64,000 nt of DNA from Octopus bimaculoides (lineage: Eukaryota). The stretch lies in the NCBI RefSeq assembly GCF_001194135.2, contig NC_068982.1, positions 113,777,881-113,841,880 on the forward strand, given 5' to 3'. Positions 50,037 to 63,055 of the stretch are shown piece after piece. The translations under genes and the position numbers were made by a program. The first letter of the stretch is position 1. Every line of letters begins with the position of its first letter. A model generated the notes under the pieces. That model was not told the origin of the DNA, did not search any database, and was given only the letters and a program-made list of their open reading frames with translations.

Positions 50037-53000
50037 GGAAAATCTCTATGTGTGCGTGTGTGTGTGTGTATTATATAAAGAAACAAAGTGCTTCACGAAG
50101 TAATGCAAAAGGTGCGCCGGAAGGCGCAGTACGTTACCTAAAGCTACAAAGACTCCACTTCTATCTCAGACGTGGTTAGACTAACTTCATAACATTAGAT
50201 CGGGAAGTGTGCCGAGCCTGAACGCTATATGTAAAAAAAAAAAAAAAAAAGTAACTCTGAAGAGGAAAGCTAACTGTATTTGTGGCGAAACTAAACATTC
50301 AAGCTCACGGAATTGATGTTTTGCAGGTCTTCTGAAATATGCCTGCAAAGGAAAATATTTATTAAAAACCAGAATGGCTTATACTTCAGTCTGTCTATTA
50401 ATAATTAAACATAAAATACTTGATTCATAAATACCTATCTCTTCAGTGTTTAAAAAAAACAAAAAACAGAATTGGAACATTAATATTTTGAAAGTATTTG
50501 TTTATTTTATTAAGCAATAGCTATTTCTCCCCCTTTCTTTTCATAACTCTTTTCTGAGATTGTAATCTGTGTATACAGCTAAATGTTGTGTTCGTAAAGA
50601 CATACTTAACTAATTTCTCCGAAATTACAGTCAACACAGCTGTTTTCAGTCAAGTTCCTTCATCTCCATTAGTTTGTCAAACTTGTCAGTAACGTACTAT
50701 ATAACACTCGCCTGCTGCCTCAGCCGCTCATTGGGTACGATTGAGTAAGCAATAAATTCCAAACCAAATGTTTGTTCTTAATCCTTAAATAATTCCAGGA
50801 ACTTATATGCTTATATTATCTGTACATCCGGTGCTACTATTTTTTCTTTATTTCATATATTGGGATTTTTTTTTTTTTTGTTTATTTTTGGTTAGTTTAG
50901 GAATACACAGTAGTTTCTCCTAGACTATTCTCTTGGTATTGATCCTATTATGAATATTAAAAGAAAAGTGAAAACTAGAGTTACCTTATACTCATGTTAG
51001 AAATCTTTGTTTTATGATAACTGCCAAATGTTATAGTGTTGTACACTCCTGTTCATGTTAATGGGGAAAAGCTAAGCTGCCTAGAACTAACTTATTTTTA
51101 TTACTAATTTATGTATTCTTGAAAATTTCAGAGAATATACAGAATATACCAATAACCGAGCTTTCTACTGAATCGATTATATTGGTGTAGCAATAGATAA
51201 AGATGCTGGTGTTGTTGTTTAGCTCCATGTCAGTCCTAACTGAGTAGATGCGTTTCGGTTATAACCATTCCATCTTCCCTGTTATATTATATGTCTAGTA
51301 GTACATTCTCTCTCTCTCTCTTTTCAATTTGGTAGGCCGTAATGGGGATTAAATTTCATGGATATTTTTAGCAGCCCGTGTGACCACAGGAAGGAACCCA
51401 TTTTGTTTTGCAGAAAACGGTGTAATTAGTAATGAATTTGCAGTATAGTTGACACTAGCAAATTTTACATCTGAACGAGTAATCCTTTATTTTTCGAAGA
51501 GTCAAGGTGATAGAGGAGCTGATGTGGCTGTATAAGTTCAATAGATCCAAATGTGTCGAAACTGTGATAATTTTTGGTCTGTAACTCATGAGGGATGAAT
51601 GTGTCCACGTCATGTGTGTGTATGTGTGTATGTGTTTTTTGTATTTACCTTCGTTGTCTTTTTCTGCAACATTTTACTATATAAGAAGCTATTTGGACTC
51701 ATTGAAGTTTCGAAAACTACATGGTAGTTATCGAAACTTCAAATTTTAAAAAAAAATTCGTATTGCGATTTTTAACGGTCTTCACAGTCACTCCTTTTAA
51801 CATTGCTAAGTGTTAGTAAGTTACAAGCCGGACTGAGGGGTATGCTGGAAGTTTCAAAAGACAGCACGCGCACGTGTGAGTCAGTGTGTTCATAGCTTTT
51901 CATATTGGTATAATATTGGTATTATATTAATCATCAGTTTCAGCTGTGGTTACTGATACCTCCGCTGCCTAAATCTAACATTTACTTGTACTCATTACTT
52001 CACATATTTGTATCTATCCACTTGTTGACTAAATGTTGTACGTTTAGCATTAATATAGCATCGATAACCTAAGTAAGCGCGTGTTCCGATCTCCAAGAAC
52101 CTCGACCAGTGCCAGTTATCGGTACGGACATGTTCCTCATGTTTGTTGTGTGAGTGTGTAATCAATGTTTTCACGTAAAAAAAAAATCTTAACGTGTATA
52201 ACCAACTGTTATTTTCAAGAAACGTAGCCTGTTCTATTGCAAACGGTGTTCATGCGTATGCCTTAGATAAGAATGCAACAACAAGAGGCTTAGTATTGGC
52301 TTATATATGTGTATGCATTATTTATTTTTTATAGCTATGCATATAATTGAAAAAAAAACCAGTTTTCTGAGATTAATCACAGCTATGTTGGAAAGTAAAG
52401 ATAACTTTGAGCATTTCTTTATTTACATAATAATTGTTACTAGTAAGAAGTGATAGTGGTGTTCTTAAATCTTGTTTCACGTGATTTTACTGTTGCTTGA
52501 TCGAAGTAAAATGCACAAATAGAAAATTATTAAGTATTTTCTGAATAAGTATGAAACAATGCTGATTTCGTCATGGTTTCTTTAAATTTTGGTTCTCATT
52601 GAAAATTTTTGAATCAATGTTCTAACGTACCAAAAGTAGAAAAGGGCCAAATCTAAAATGAGCAATGGCCAGTTTCTCTTTTTAAATACAAATAAATCAC
52701 AGAAAATATCAAGAAATATAGTACGTCACGAAATATATTCGATTAGTTCAACCAAATAGTGTTATTTCTAGTCACATATAAAAACTATCTACTCGCACTA
52801 CATTTGTAATGAGCGGCTCACATCTTTTTAATAACACCTGGGTATCATTTCCTAATTCTAAATGCCAGATGTCAATAAAAAAGAATAATTTAAAACGCAT
52901 ACACATCTTCCTCACCTTTACATATAACCCCCCATTATTTTGAAACTTTTCTTATATTATTCCTAGAATAAATATCTAAAGTTTCCAATTTCTAGTTCTT

Positions 53001-54572
53001 GAGAAAAATTCTTTTAAATCTACAGTTGTCAGTTTTATCTCGGAACGCTTATTATTATTATTATTATTAGACCAAATAGTTTATGAACGATACATCTCTT
53101 CGGTTTTTAATTTCTCACTTATTATTTCTTGTTTCTATTTTTACCTCACTGTTCCCCTGGTTTCCAACGAGCACATTCTATTTCTATGTTTTCCTGTTGT
53201 TTATCTGTGTTTTCCTCGTTGAAAGTAAATCCAAATGCCAAATAAACTCCCTTATTTAGATTAGTAATGTGAAAAATATTAAGATGTTTGAGTTTGTATA
53301 GATAATTCTGTAGTGGGAAGTGGTAGGAGAAAGAAACTATCTTATAAAATGGATGGAGGTCAGGATAGTAATAAGATTTATTAGGAGCAGCCGTCCAGCT
53401 TCCTGGTGTTACTATGGTACCATACACAGTAGAGACAGCAGTAAAGATTTCAGAAACTTTTCATGTTTTCCTTTTTCTTATTCATGTGGTTCCTTATTTT
53501 AATTCGTTTGAAAATAAATACATCGTTAAGGAATGATTTGTTTTTGCCTCATCACGACTTCCCGCCACTTTCCATCGCTTTATATTAATGTTTATAAGCT
53601 TAAATAGTGAGGAATAGACCATGATAGTTATTCAAACAAATTTCTCACTTCCTCTCTGAAGGAACTGATTATTTCTATGCTAACGGAACAGTCAAGTTCT
53701 AACTTAGTGATTTTTATTTCCTTAGCATAAGTTCAATATTATATTCTGTCCCTTGTCTTCTCTTTCCTCTCTGGTAATTTAAAAACAATTCTAACCGCAC
53801 CAGATTTCTCTAGAAACCTTGTTTCTTTTCTTTCAGAAACATGTGCTACCTGACATTTTGAAATATTTTTATCTAAATATATTTGTTTTCATCTTGTGCA
53901 TATACATACATGACTTCTCATGCCCATTAAGTTGGGGTTACCAAGGGCTTTCTTACAAGTTTATACAGGAAAGAAATATTTTCTCCTCTCTCTCTTTATT
54001 TTCTCTCAGAATTAATCATCTTATAAACACGTTGATACCCACTATGATTCTTAACATCGGTGGGGAAATGGTTTGCGAACAAATTATAAACACATGAAAG
54101 CTATTTTAAAATGTTAGTTCTAAAAACGTTTGAATTTAATTTCATTATTTGAGGGTTATAGTTTGAAATTCCAAGATAAACGTTAAACAACAACAACAAC
54201 AAAAAAAAAGCAACAACTCAGAATTCTAAGAAGATTCATTATCAGAAAATTGAATTTAAAAAGGATCGCAGGAATTAGCAAGTAAATGTATCCCTCTATA
54301 TTCCGGGTGGTACTGGGGTGTGTTTAGAATGACGCAGCGTAACAACAGTATGAAGTTCCTTAAAAGAAGTCTTCGATCGTTCATGTATACAGCAAACCCC
54401 TTTCTCTTTGGCTTTAATAGGTATAGTATATTTATTCTTATTTACTATATTCCTTCGTTTTTTGCTTTTTTTTATTATCTGAATTGCTTTCTCTCTTTAT
54501 GTATTTACATGCGCATCTTTGTATCAATTACATTGTTGTGGAACAATCTGATAATTTAAGAAGTCCAAGACT

Positions 54573-54620
<48 letters not shown>

Positions 54621-55040
54621 AAGAGTGACATGCACTGGAAACCAGACTATCCTACCGAGCCGGTTTTCATTAACATGATAATTATTCTTTTAGTGAAAGA
54701 ACATAAGCGTCACATTTACTCCAGTTTGTAAATATCAAGCATTTTCTAACACGCGCTTACAATCGCACACACACGCATGTATGCATGTATACACACGAGC
54801 TTAAAGTTTGCTTGGAGACTCAAGACGTGTTATCAAGACCTGCCGAGACACACGTCTCCAAAGCAAGAAACTATTAGTATCTTTATATTGTGTACATTAA
54901 GTGATATTTATCTCTCACTGGATGGAGTACTTTTTTTGTTAATCTTACGTACGTTCTGTTTCTATAAGTGGAACTAAGAGAACTCATTACAGAAATTAGA
55001 GTTTATGTAATCTCTGTTAGCTAAGAATATTACAGGTGTT

Positions 55041-55275
55041 AGAAGGCGGCGGGTTGGCAGAAACGTTAGCACGCCGGGCGAAATACTTAGCGGTATTTCA
55101 TCTGTCTTTATGTTCTGAGTTCAAATTCCGCCGAGGTCGACTTTGCCTTTCATCCTTTCGGGTTCGATAAATTAAGTACCATTTGCGTACTGGGGTCGAT
55201 CTAATCGATTTGCCCTCTCCCCCCTCCACCAAAAACAAATTTCGTGCCTTGTTCCTAGAGTAGAAAAGAATATTA
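55041..55275 (+). mobile_element. tRNA-derived SINE family B (central domain resembles the MetaSINE domain), young copy
   Basis: ggcggcgggttggcagaaacgttagc (A box)...gagttcaaattcc (B box)...gaggtcgactttgcctttcatcctttcgggttcgataaattaagtacca. Confidence 0.85.
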
Positions 55276-57019
55276 CAAGTGTTAGTCAAGCGCCTGGAGT
55301 TTCGTATCGAGGCATTTATGAACACATAGTGACTTGGTAAGTGCTTTGATACGGAACTTGAGTAATTCCTGTGGAATTCTCAGTTAATAAACGGCATCTA
55401 TGCGGTGTGTGTGTGCTTCTATTGAGAAGTGTTATGTGCATAAGTAAAAATAGAGAAATTAGTAAAATTATGATTATTATTATTTCTAAATTTCTCTGAT
55501 ACTTAATTATGCACTTATAACATTATAAATGCCAGTTTTCACCATCTGCATTGTAGTTGGAATGTGTCTTGATTATTTTGATAATGTATGATATATTTGT
55601 TGTTGATCTACATATTGCTTAAATCGTTGATATTTTATTAAATGTCATTCTTGCTTTCAATTGGCATTTCCCCTATATATCATACAGTTGTTAAAAAAAA
55701 AAGCAACAATTTACTCTAAATTATATATATATATTTTTTCTAAACTCATTGATTTATCACATTTTTTTCCTATTTTAACTGCTACATACACCAAAATATT
55801 ATCATATGTATACATACTCATGCATATGTCGTAACTATAACATGAATGCCGATTGTATGAATTTTAGGGACGAGGGACTGTCGAATATATCATCTTTGGG
55901 GCAATGAAAAGTGAATTCATCGTCATCGGCGCGATTTGAACTTCTAATATAAAGGGACATAACTAAATCCGCTAAGTATTTTTCTTTTGCTCCATCGACT
56001 TTTTTTTTTTTTTACCATACATTACTTTTAATGATAATGATTTCTGACTTAGTTCCAAAATCTCCAATATGTTAGGTAGAAGAGTTGATTTAATGACTCT
56101 CCTCCCACCCTACCCCGAAATAATTTTATTGACTTCAAAGTGTCGAAAGGCAAAATCGACTTCAGAGGGATTTGAACTGTAAAAATAAACGGACGTAACT
56201 TTAGGAAAAAAAAAAAAGCGTACTATCAATACGAAATATATCATACATACACAGAGAATTCTCAAAGAGAACTTATGTCGAACTCTTCAAAATTTTCATG
56301 ACCTGAGTTATTGTTCTCTCTTTCTTTCCGACTGTTCGTGACGATATCCTTTCAACACACGTGACTGTTTCCTTCCCATATTCACTGTATAACAATGTAG
56401 ACGATCTTTTTTTGTTTGTAAACACTTGTCCTCCTTGTTCTCTTTCACCTCCACACTATTCACATTGTTTACCCACTTCAGTTCATCCTTGACAACGAAA
56501 GACTTAGAGACTAAGCAAAAGAATAAAAATATAACATAAATGATAATAACAAAAGACTGATTTCCTTGCTGCTTCAAAAAATATGATTTAAATATTAAAA
56601 CACTAAACTAGTTCTATGTTTACCAATGTTATAAATCAAAACTATTTCTAGGATTATTTATTGTTTATTAAGAAATCCACTGGTTAAATTTATCATATTC
56701 TAACATTTTAGTGGGTACTCAAACTGGTGTTTCTTACAGAGATACAAGGTCTGAGAATTATAGCAGGAATCAAGAATTGGTAACGTCGTGATGGTCTAAG
56801 GCGGTGTGCATTAGTTTAAAAATATAAGCAACAATATTGTTAATATTTTATTTACTAGTACTTCATCGAAACATATGCCTTGTTTTACAATATCAGAATG
56901 TAAAGTTGGTAAAACTTTATAACTTTAAAGATTCCCTCTGCTTTAATTAACTTAAATATAAATAAAGTTGGATAAAATATTTTAGAATTTGACTTTATCA
57001 TTAGCGTTTTCAAATTGCT

Positions 57020-57200
57020 TTGCAGTATTTCTTTCGCTTTTATGTTCTGAGTTCAAATTCCGCAGAAACCGACTTAACCTTTCATCTATTCCAGGTCGAT
57101 AGAACAAGTACCAGGCAAGTACTGAGGTCGATGCAATCGACTAACCTCCTACCTATCCCGAAATTTCAGGCCTTGTGCCTGTATTAGAATGGGTTATTAG
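57020..57200 (+). mobile_element. SINE family B (a further decayed copy follows at about 57210-57380)
   Basis: gttctgagttcaaattccgc...aagtaccagg...aaatttcaggccttgtgcct. Confidence 0.75.
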
Positions 57201-57902
57201 CATTGTCAAAGAAGGCAGAATTGGTAGAATGGTCGAAAGAATGTTTTGTAGTATTCCTTTTGGTTCTTAACGTTCTATTCCCGCCGAAGAACTTAAGCTT
57301 ATCGAGCCGTAGGGAAGACGATAGTTTCAACAAATCCCTCACCTAAAAATTGCTGGCCTTGTGTTAAAATTATAAACAGTTATTAATACTGTGACGTCAA
57401 CAAAGACTGGATTAGCTTGTCACACATTTTTGTCAGTAACCTCGGTTGATTTTGAGCCAAATTTGCCTATAATTGCTGTCATTGTTTCGCCTCAAGTCAA
57501 CTCCGATCAGGCAGACCTGCAGTCAAATGCGCTCTATTCTTGACCATCTCGTCTATTGTTTGAACACAGTGTATCTAGAACTACATTACCCAATTACCCA
57601 ATGTGTTCTTTTTTAAAGAGACTACACGAGATTGAAGCTATCATAACTACTATTTCTCGTTGGCCGTATAATTACTTTGATTGAATCACAATGTAGACTT
57701 GTAGAATAAATACAGGCTGTTTCTGTTTTTATATACCAGAATATGAAGATATTGCAAGTGAGAAGTGACTGTTATATACCAATTTAATTCGTTTTAGAAA
57801 TTACTTCTGTCAAGCTATGGTGCAAAATATATACTGTATTTATACTGTATTTTTATAGTGACATACACAGCAAAGTTAGTGAGAAAGTATCTAAGTAATT
57901 AC

Positions 57903-58270
57903 TTGTTGGCACTCCGTCGCTTACGACGTCGAGGGTTCCAGTTGATCCGATCCACGGAACAGCCTGCTAGGGAAATTAACGTGCAAGTGGCTGAGTATTC
58001 CACAGGCACGTGTACCTTTGACGTAGTTCTCGGGGATATTCAGCGTGACACAGTGTGACAAGGCTGGTCCTTTTAATTACAGGTACAGCAGAAACAGGAA
58101 GTAAGAGTGAGAGAAAGTTGTGGTGAAAGAGTACAGCAGGGTTCGCCACCATCCCCTGCCGGAGCCTCGTGGAGCTTTAGGTGTTTTCGCTCAACGCCCA
58201 GTCTGGGAATCGAAACCGCGATCCTATGACCGCGAGTCTGCTGCCCTAACCACTGGACCATTGCGCCTCC
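57903..58270 (-). mobile_element. tRNA-derived SINE family C, full length with TSD
   Basis: Head ggaggcgcaatggtccagtggttagg...ggtttcgattcc (A and B boxes). Perfect 10-bp TSD aagtaattac at 57893-57902 and 58271-58280. Confidence 0.9.
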
Positions 58271-59610
58271 AAGTAATTACTATTCAACAACTAAATCTTT
58301 GGAATAGCATCCTGGAGCCTTAGAAAAGAAGGCCTTTTCGATAATATCGTTCTTCGTGCATGTAATTGAGAAACAAGACGAGATGGTCACGCCAGAATAC
58401 GTTTTGATCACAGGTCTGTCCGTTTAATCAAAGGAGCCAGGGATCTGAAAAGCAGAACAACACATCTTAATGCTATTTGCGATGGTTACAGGTTATGAAT
58501 TAATACATTCAGATAATGAAGCTAAGTCCCTGATATAAATGAAACTGTTAGCAGATAGTGTCAAAACGAAGTGTGTGTGTGTGTGCGCGCTCTCAATAGT
58601 TGTAGGTGGGGTTTAGAGGCTTTTTGCACCTTTTGAAGTTCGTTTGAGTTGCTAATAGAATTGGTTGAATCGGCTAGTAATTTTAGCCCTTAGAACTTGC
58701 TCTCAGAATATTGCCAAGTACTCTTGGTAAGTAACTCTGGCTAATTTTCAAACCCCAGTTAAAATACAGAAATATTATATTTCAATTTCGTACTTACTTT
58801 TTCTTTTTATTTGTACTTTTTAAACGTTAGATTTATCAGAAATTCAGTTTTTGGTAACAGTAATTCATATTTTATTTGCTTATAAATATACTACATTGGA
58901 AACCCAATTCTTAAGCCAACTATTTGTGATGATAAATTTATCTAATAAACATTTTATGTTCGGTTTCTTCTATTTTCCATTCTCGAAACAGCTCATTAAT
59001 AAAACAGTTTTTTTTAGTTTTGTTTTTATCAAATGTGTAATGTATCGTTAGTCATTGTAAGGTTTGACGCTAAGCTATAATACAAGGTATCTTCAGCTTT
59101 ATAGATTTAGAGTGAGCTTTAATGACAGAAACAAAATAAAAACGGAAATAAATAAAAGAAAAAATCTGATTTCTTTTATTCTACGAGACGTTAGCAGCTA
59201 ATTCATTTCGTTGAAGATAAACCATGTTAATTTAACTAGAAATCACCAGCTTTCATTACACTCCCACATAAACTGCTACTTTTTCCTCCTACATATCTGA
59301 AGATAATGGCTTGTCACATGTTTACTGTGTGCGCACACACGTGTGTGTGTGTTTATTTTGTCAACTAAACGAAATATCATTGCTACAAAATGAATTACTC
59401 TGATGAGATAAGAATTTTGGTCAACACAAGAGTTACATTTTTATGAATCGTCTTCCAAAATGTCTTACTGTTATGATTCCTATTTAGCTCCAGATCAGTC
59501 TGGATCCAGTAGTTCTTAGGCCAAACATTTTCGACCTGTGACTATTTCATGATATATCTAGGATAACTTTATGCAATGTGCTTTCTTTTTTTTTTTTGTT
59601 CCCTATAAGC

Positions 59611-59993
59611 GCAGGAGTGGCTGTGTGATAAGTAGCTTGCTTACCAGCCACATGGTTCCGGGTTCATTCCCACTGTGTGGCACCTTGGGCAAGTGTCTTC
59701 TACTATAGCCTCGAGCCGACCAAAGCCTTGTGAGTGGATTTGGTAGATGGAAACTGAAAGAAGCCCGTCCTATATATATATATGTATGTGTGTGTGTATA
59801 TGTTTGTGTGACTGTGTTTGTTCACCACCCTCAACATCGCATGACAACCGATGGTGGGGTGTTTGCGCCTCTGTAACTTAGTGGTTCGGCAAAAGAGACC
59901 GATAGAATAAGTACTAGGCTTACAAAGAATAAATCTCGCGGTGCTCCAGCATGGCTGCAGTCAAATGACTGAAACAAAAGAGTAAAATAGAGT
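59611..59993 (+). mobile_element. SINE family A, young copy
   Basis: Matches the consensus, with a small deletion in the 3' half. Confidence 0.9.
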
Positions 59994-59994
59994 A

Positions 59995-60384
59995 CACAAA
60001 GCCCGAAATTTTGGGGGAAGGACCAGTCGATTAGATCGACACCAGTACACAACTGGTACTCAAGGATGAAAGGCAAAGTCGACTTCGGCGTAATTTGAAC
60101 TCTGAGCGTAAAGACAGACGAAATACCGCTAAGTATTTCGCCCGGCGTGCTAACGTTTCTGATTTCTTTATTGCCCACAAGGGGCTAAACATAGATGGCA
60201 CAAACAAGGGGATTAAGTCGATTACAACAACCCCAGTGCGTAACTGGTACTTAATTTATCGACTCCGAAAGGATGAAAGGCAAAGTCGACCTCGGTGGAA
60301 TTTGAACTCGGAACGTAACGGCAGACGAAATACCGCTAAGCATTTCGTCCGGTGTGCTAACGTGTCTGCCAGCTCGCCGCCTTG
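59995..60384 (-). mobile_element. Two tandem SINE family B copies (59995-60160 and 60165-60384) with different 3' tails
   Basis: Two heads and two central domains are visible. Confidence 0.85.
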
Positions 60385-60982
60385 CTTGTAACATGTATTG
60401 TTATATATAGAAATATATATATATAATGTGTGTGTGTGTCTTATATAATAAACAATGTGATTCTGTTCGATATCGCGCTGGTGAAGAAGTGAGTAGTAGT
60501 TGGAGATGTTAAATGTAAGGGAGGAGGAAAATGAAAAGATTATAAATACTGTGGCTTGAGTAGCGGCTATTTTGCTCAAAATGAAACTGCAAATTTATGT
60601 TTGAAATGTTGCGAAAGATATTTTTCACTCTTTTCATAAAAAAAAATGCATGAAAGTATTGAAAACAAAATGGTACGTATTGATTTTAAAGAAGTTCACA
60701 CCTGTAAACATACATATTCGTATACATTCACAGACACACACACACCTTCGTCTGTCTACTGTTGGTGTATTACAGAGGACGAAACCTTATAATACCTTTT
60801 TCCTTGAATCTGTTACAGTTTCTCCTAAAACATGATTCGTTTTTGTCAAAGGTTTATGTTGTACTTGTTTCGCTCGGAATGTTATTGGTACTACATATTT
60901 AGATTTACAAGAAAGCCATGCCATCCATCTGTCACTAGCTAGTTTTAAATGCGATGCTGTGTGGAGAAAGGAACTGCAACTA

Positions 60983-61001
60983 TGACGTCATCACAGATTG
61001 G
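60983..61001. promoter_or_regulatory. Full CRE palindrome next to a CCAAT box
   Basis: TGACGTCA at 60983-60990; ATTGG at 60997-61001. Confidence 0.35.
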
Positions 61002-62751
61002 TGAGGCTCGTGTGCCTGATGCCTATCCAGAACACATAACAGTCAATTTCTGTAGGAAATAGTGGAGCCATGGTGTAATCTAGGAGAGAGGTCCGAATGC
61101 TAGCAAAAGAGACAACTCCTCTGAAGGTTGCCACAACAGATGATATTTTTTTAATTGTGAAATAGATCAAATAGTTTCATGGGGTTTTTTTTTCCGTATA
61201 ATACCGGTCCTCATTTTCTCAATCCTGATTTTAATTTAAAACGTGTATGATTAACTTGAGGTCACAAAGTATTCTGCTTCTCATTGTTTCCTTAAAAAAA
61301 GAGAAAAGTAACTTTAAAATCAGAACACTATGTATCTGTAACATTTAACCTGGTATGAGGATTACTAGCGAAGTGTGATGTTTACAAGAAGCTATACTGT
61401 TTTATCACTGGTTTATGGCTGCCGTTTGTAATTCTAAATAAATTGTGGGATTGTTGTTTCTTTATAATCGATCCATATTCAACATCTAAAAACAAGGCTC
61501 AAAAGCTTCGGGAGCAATGCGACTAATTAGATTAATTAATCTTTCGTTTGAAGCGTTTCTGACCGACTCTAACGAAGAATATTAACTGAATTGCTTTTGG
61601 CTCAATTATTCCAACCAAAGTGATATGCATTGGTGCTTCTTAATAATTATTAAACATTAAAACAAAAAATCCTATTTCGAGACAATGTATCCTGACATTA
61701 TTTTGTCTAAAATAATGACTACTATTATTTTTAATGATGAAAATTACTCAGATCGTATTTTTTTCTTTTTTCATCATTTTGGTAGTGTGTGTGTATGGAC
61801 TTAATAGTATATTTTTAAAACTATTTCCTGGAATCAAATCTATATGTTGGATGGCCACTCACTAAAGCAGGAAATTAACGGGAAAAATCTCAATTAGTTA
61901 TTTCTTTAAAGACTGATGCAACTAAAGTAATACAACAAACATAGTTAAAAAAAAAAAAGAGTTTCTGTTTATTTGATTATACAGTTTGAATGAGCAAACT
62001 TTACTGTAAGACATATTCACGTGTGCATTTATGGTATTTAATCATGAATTATATCCACTTGCAAGTGGATATAATTATAAATATGCGTGTGTGATGAATG
62101 TTTTGCGAGATCACTGCATAGTTTTGTGCGTGATTGATTAGTATATTACAAAGTTCCAAGCTTATTACTCGAGAATCTTGAATGCTGTTTTTAATAATAA
62201 TTTGATTTGGATGAAGAAAATTGAGTTACCAAAGATATGTTGAGTGCATACGTGTCTGTAAGAACGACCGTGCGAACCAAAAAGAGAAATGGTGACGAAT
62301 GGAAAATAGGCTCCTTTTTTAAACGCGTCACACGGTCGCCATAAAATAGAATGAAATATGTTATAATACTATAACAGAGAACTAAGAAGTTTGCCAGGAA
62401 GGACAACATATAGAAACGCAACCGTATGAGATGAATAACAGTAGGATTTATTGGAGCATTAAACTGTATGTCTGTGTGTGAGTGAATGCGACATAATAAA
62501 ACACAATATAAGACTGGCCGTCATGTAAACAAAAGAGTGTGTATACAAATGTATGTATGTGTATGTAAGAGTTACATAGTCAGTAACACGGATAAGGAAA
62601 TACCAGTTCAGTTGAGGTACACAGTTAGATTGTAGGTCTGTATGTAAGAGGTTAAGGTTAAGGCAGAGCGGTCACTTGTCGTGATGTTGAGGCTTCTATG
62701 CTGGGCCGGATTCTTGAATACAGATGTTCTTCGCAGGCTGAATTCTGGCTG

Positions 62752-62832
62752 TTAATTTCGTGGTGAGCAAATCACACAAACAGAGTTGAGAAGAGGTGGT
62801 TGTTTGGTAGCTTGTGTACGTGTAGAAGTCAT
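62752..62832 (-). CDS. Candidate 26-aa small ORF or uORF MTSTRTQATKQPPLLNSVCVICSPRN
   Basis: First ATG (context tcaacATGa) about 135 nt downstream of the expected TSS; no homologue recognised. Confidence 0.25.
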   Translation of the reverse strand: MTSTRTQATKQPPLLNSVCVICSPRN

Positions 62833-62989
62833 GTTGACGCTGGCGACGGTGAGGGCGATGCTTGTAGTTCGTAGTTGAAGTGGTTGTTGATGTCGTCGCT
62901 GGAAAACTGGCTGGCTGTGTTACGCGTGTTGTCAGCGACCAGATCTGTGAGGATCTGAGTCGTGACGAATTGCCGCGGATAATTTAGGC

Positions 62990-63055
62990 TATTTATAGAT
63001 ACAGATAGGCTCCAGAGACCATTAGAAAAACACTCTATCACGTGACCTTATTAGG
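62990..63055 (-). promoter_or_regulatory. Candidate Pol II promoter: TATA box, palindromic E-box and CArG box
   Basis: TATAAATA (minus strand) at 62997-62990, TCACGTGA at 63038-63045 and CCTTATTAGG at 63046-63055, in a CpG-rich island. Confidence 0.55.

Noticed and set aside
53146-53460. Open frame of about 100 codons on the minus strand
   Set aside because: No ATG, weak acceptor and no recognisable domain; plausible by chance.
55547-55568. Partial similarity to miR-33 (tgcattgtagttg)
   Set aside because: The seed position and 3' half mismatch, and no supporting hairpin was seen.
56308-56577. ORF resembling a secreted peptide with a signal sequence
   Set aside because: It starts at TTG, the hydrophobic stretch is just a T-rich tract, and there is no homologue or convincing splice pair.
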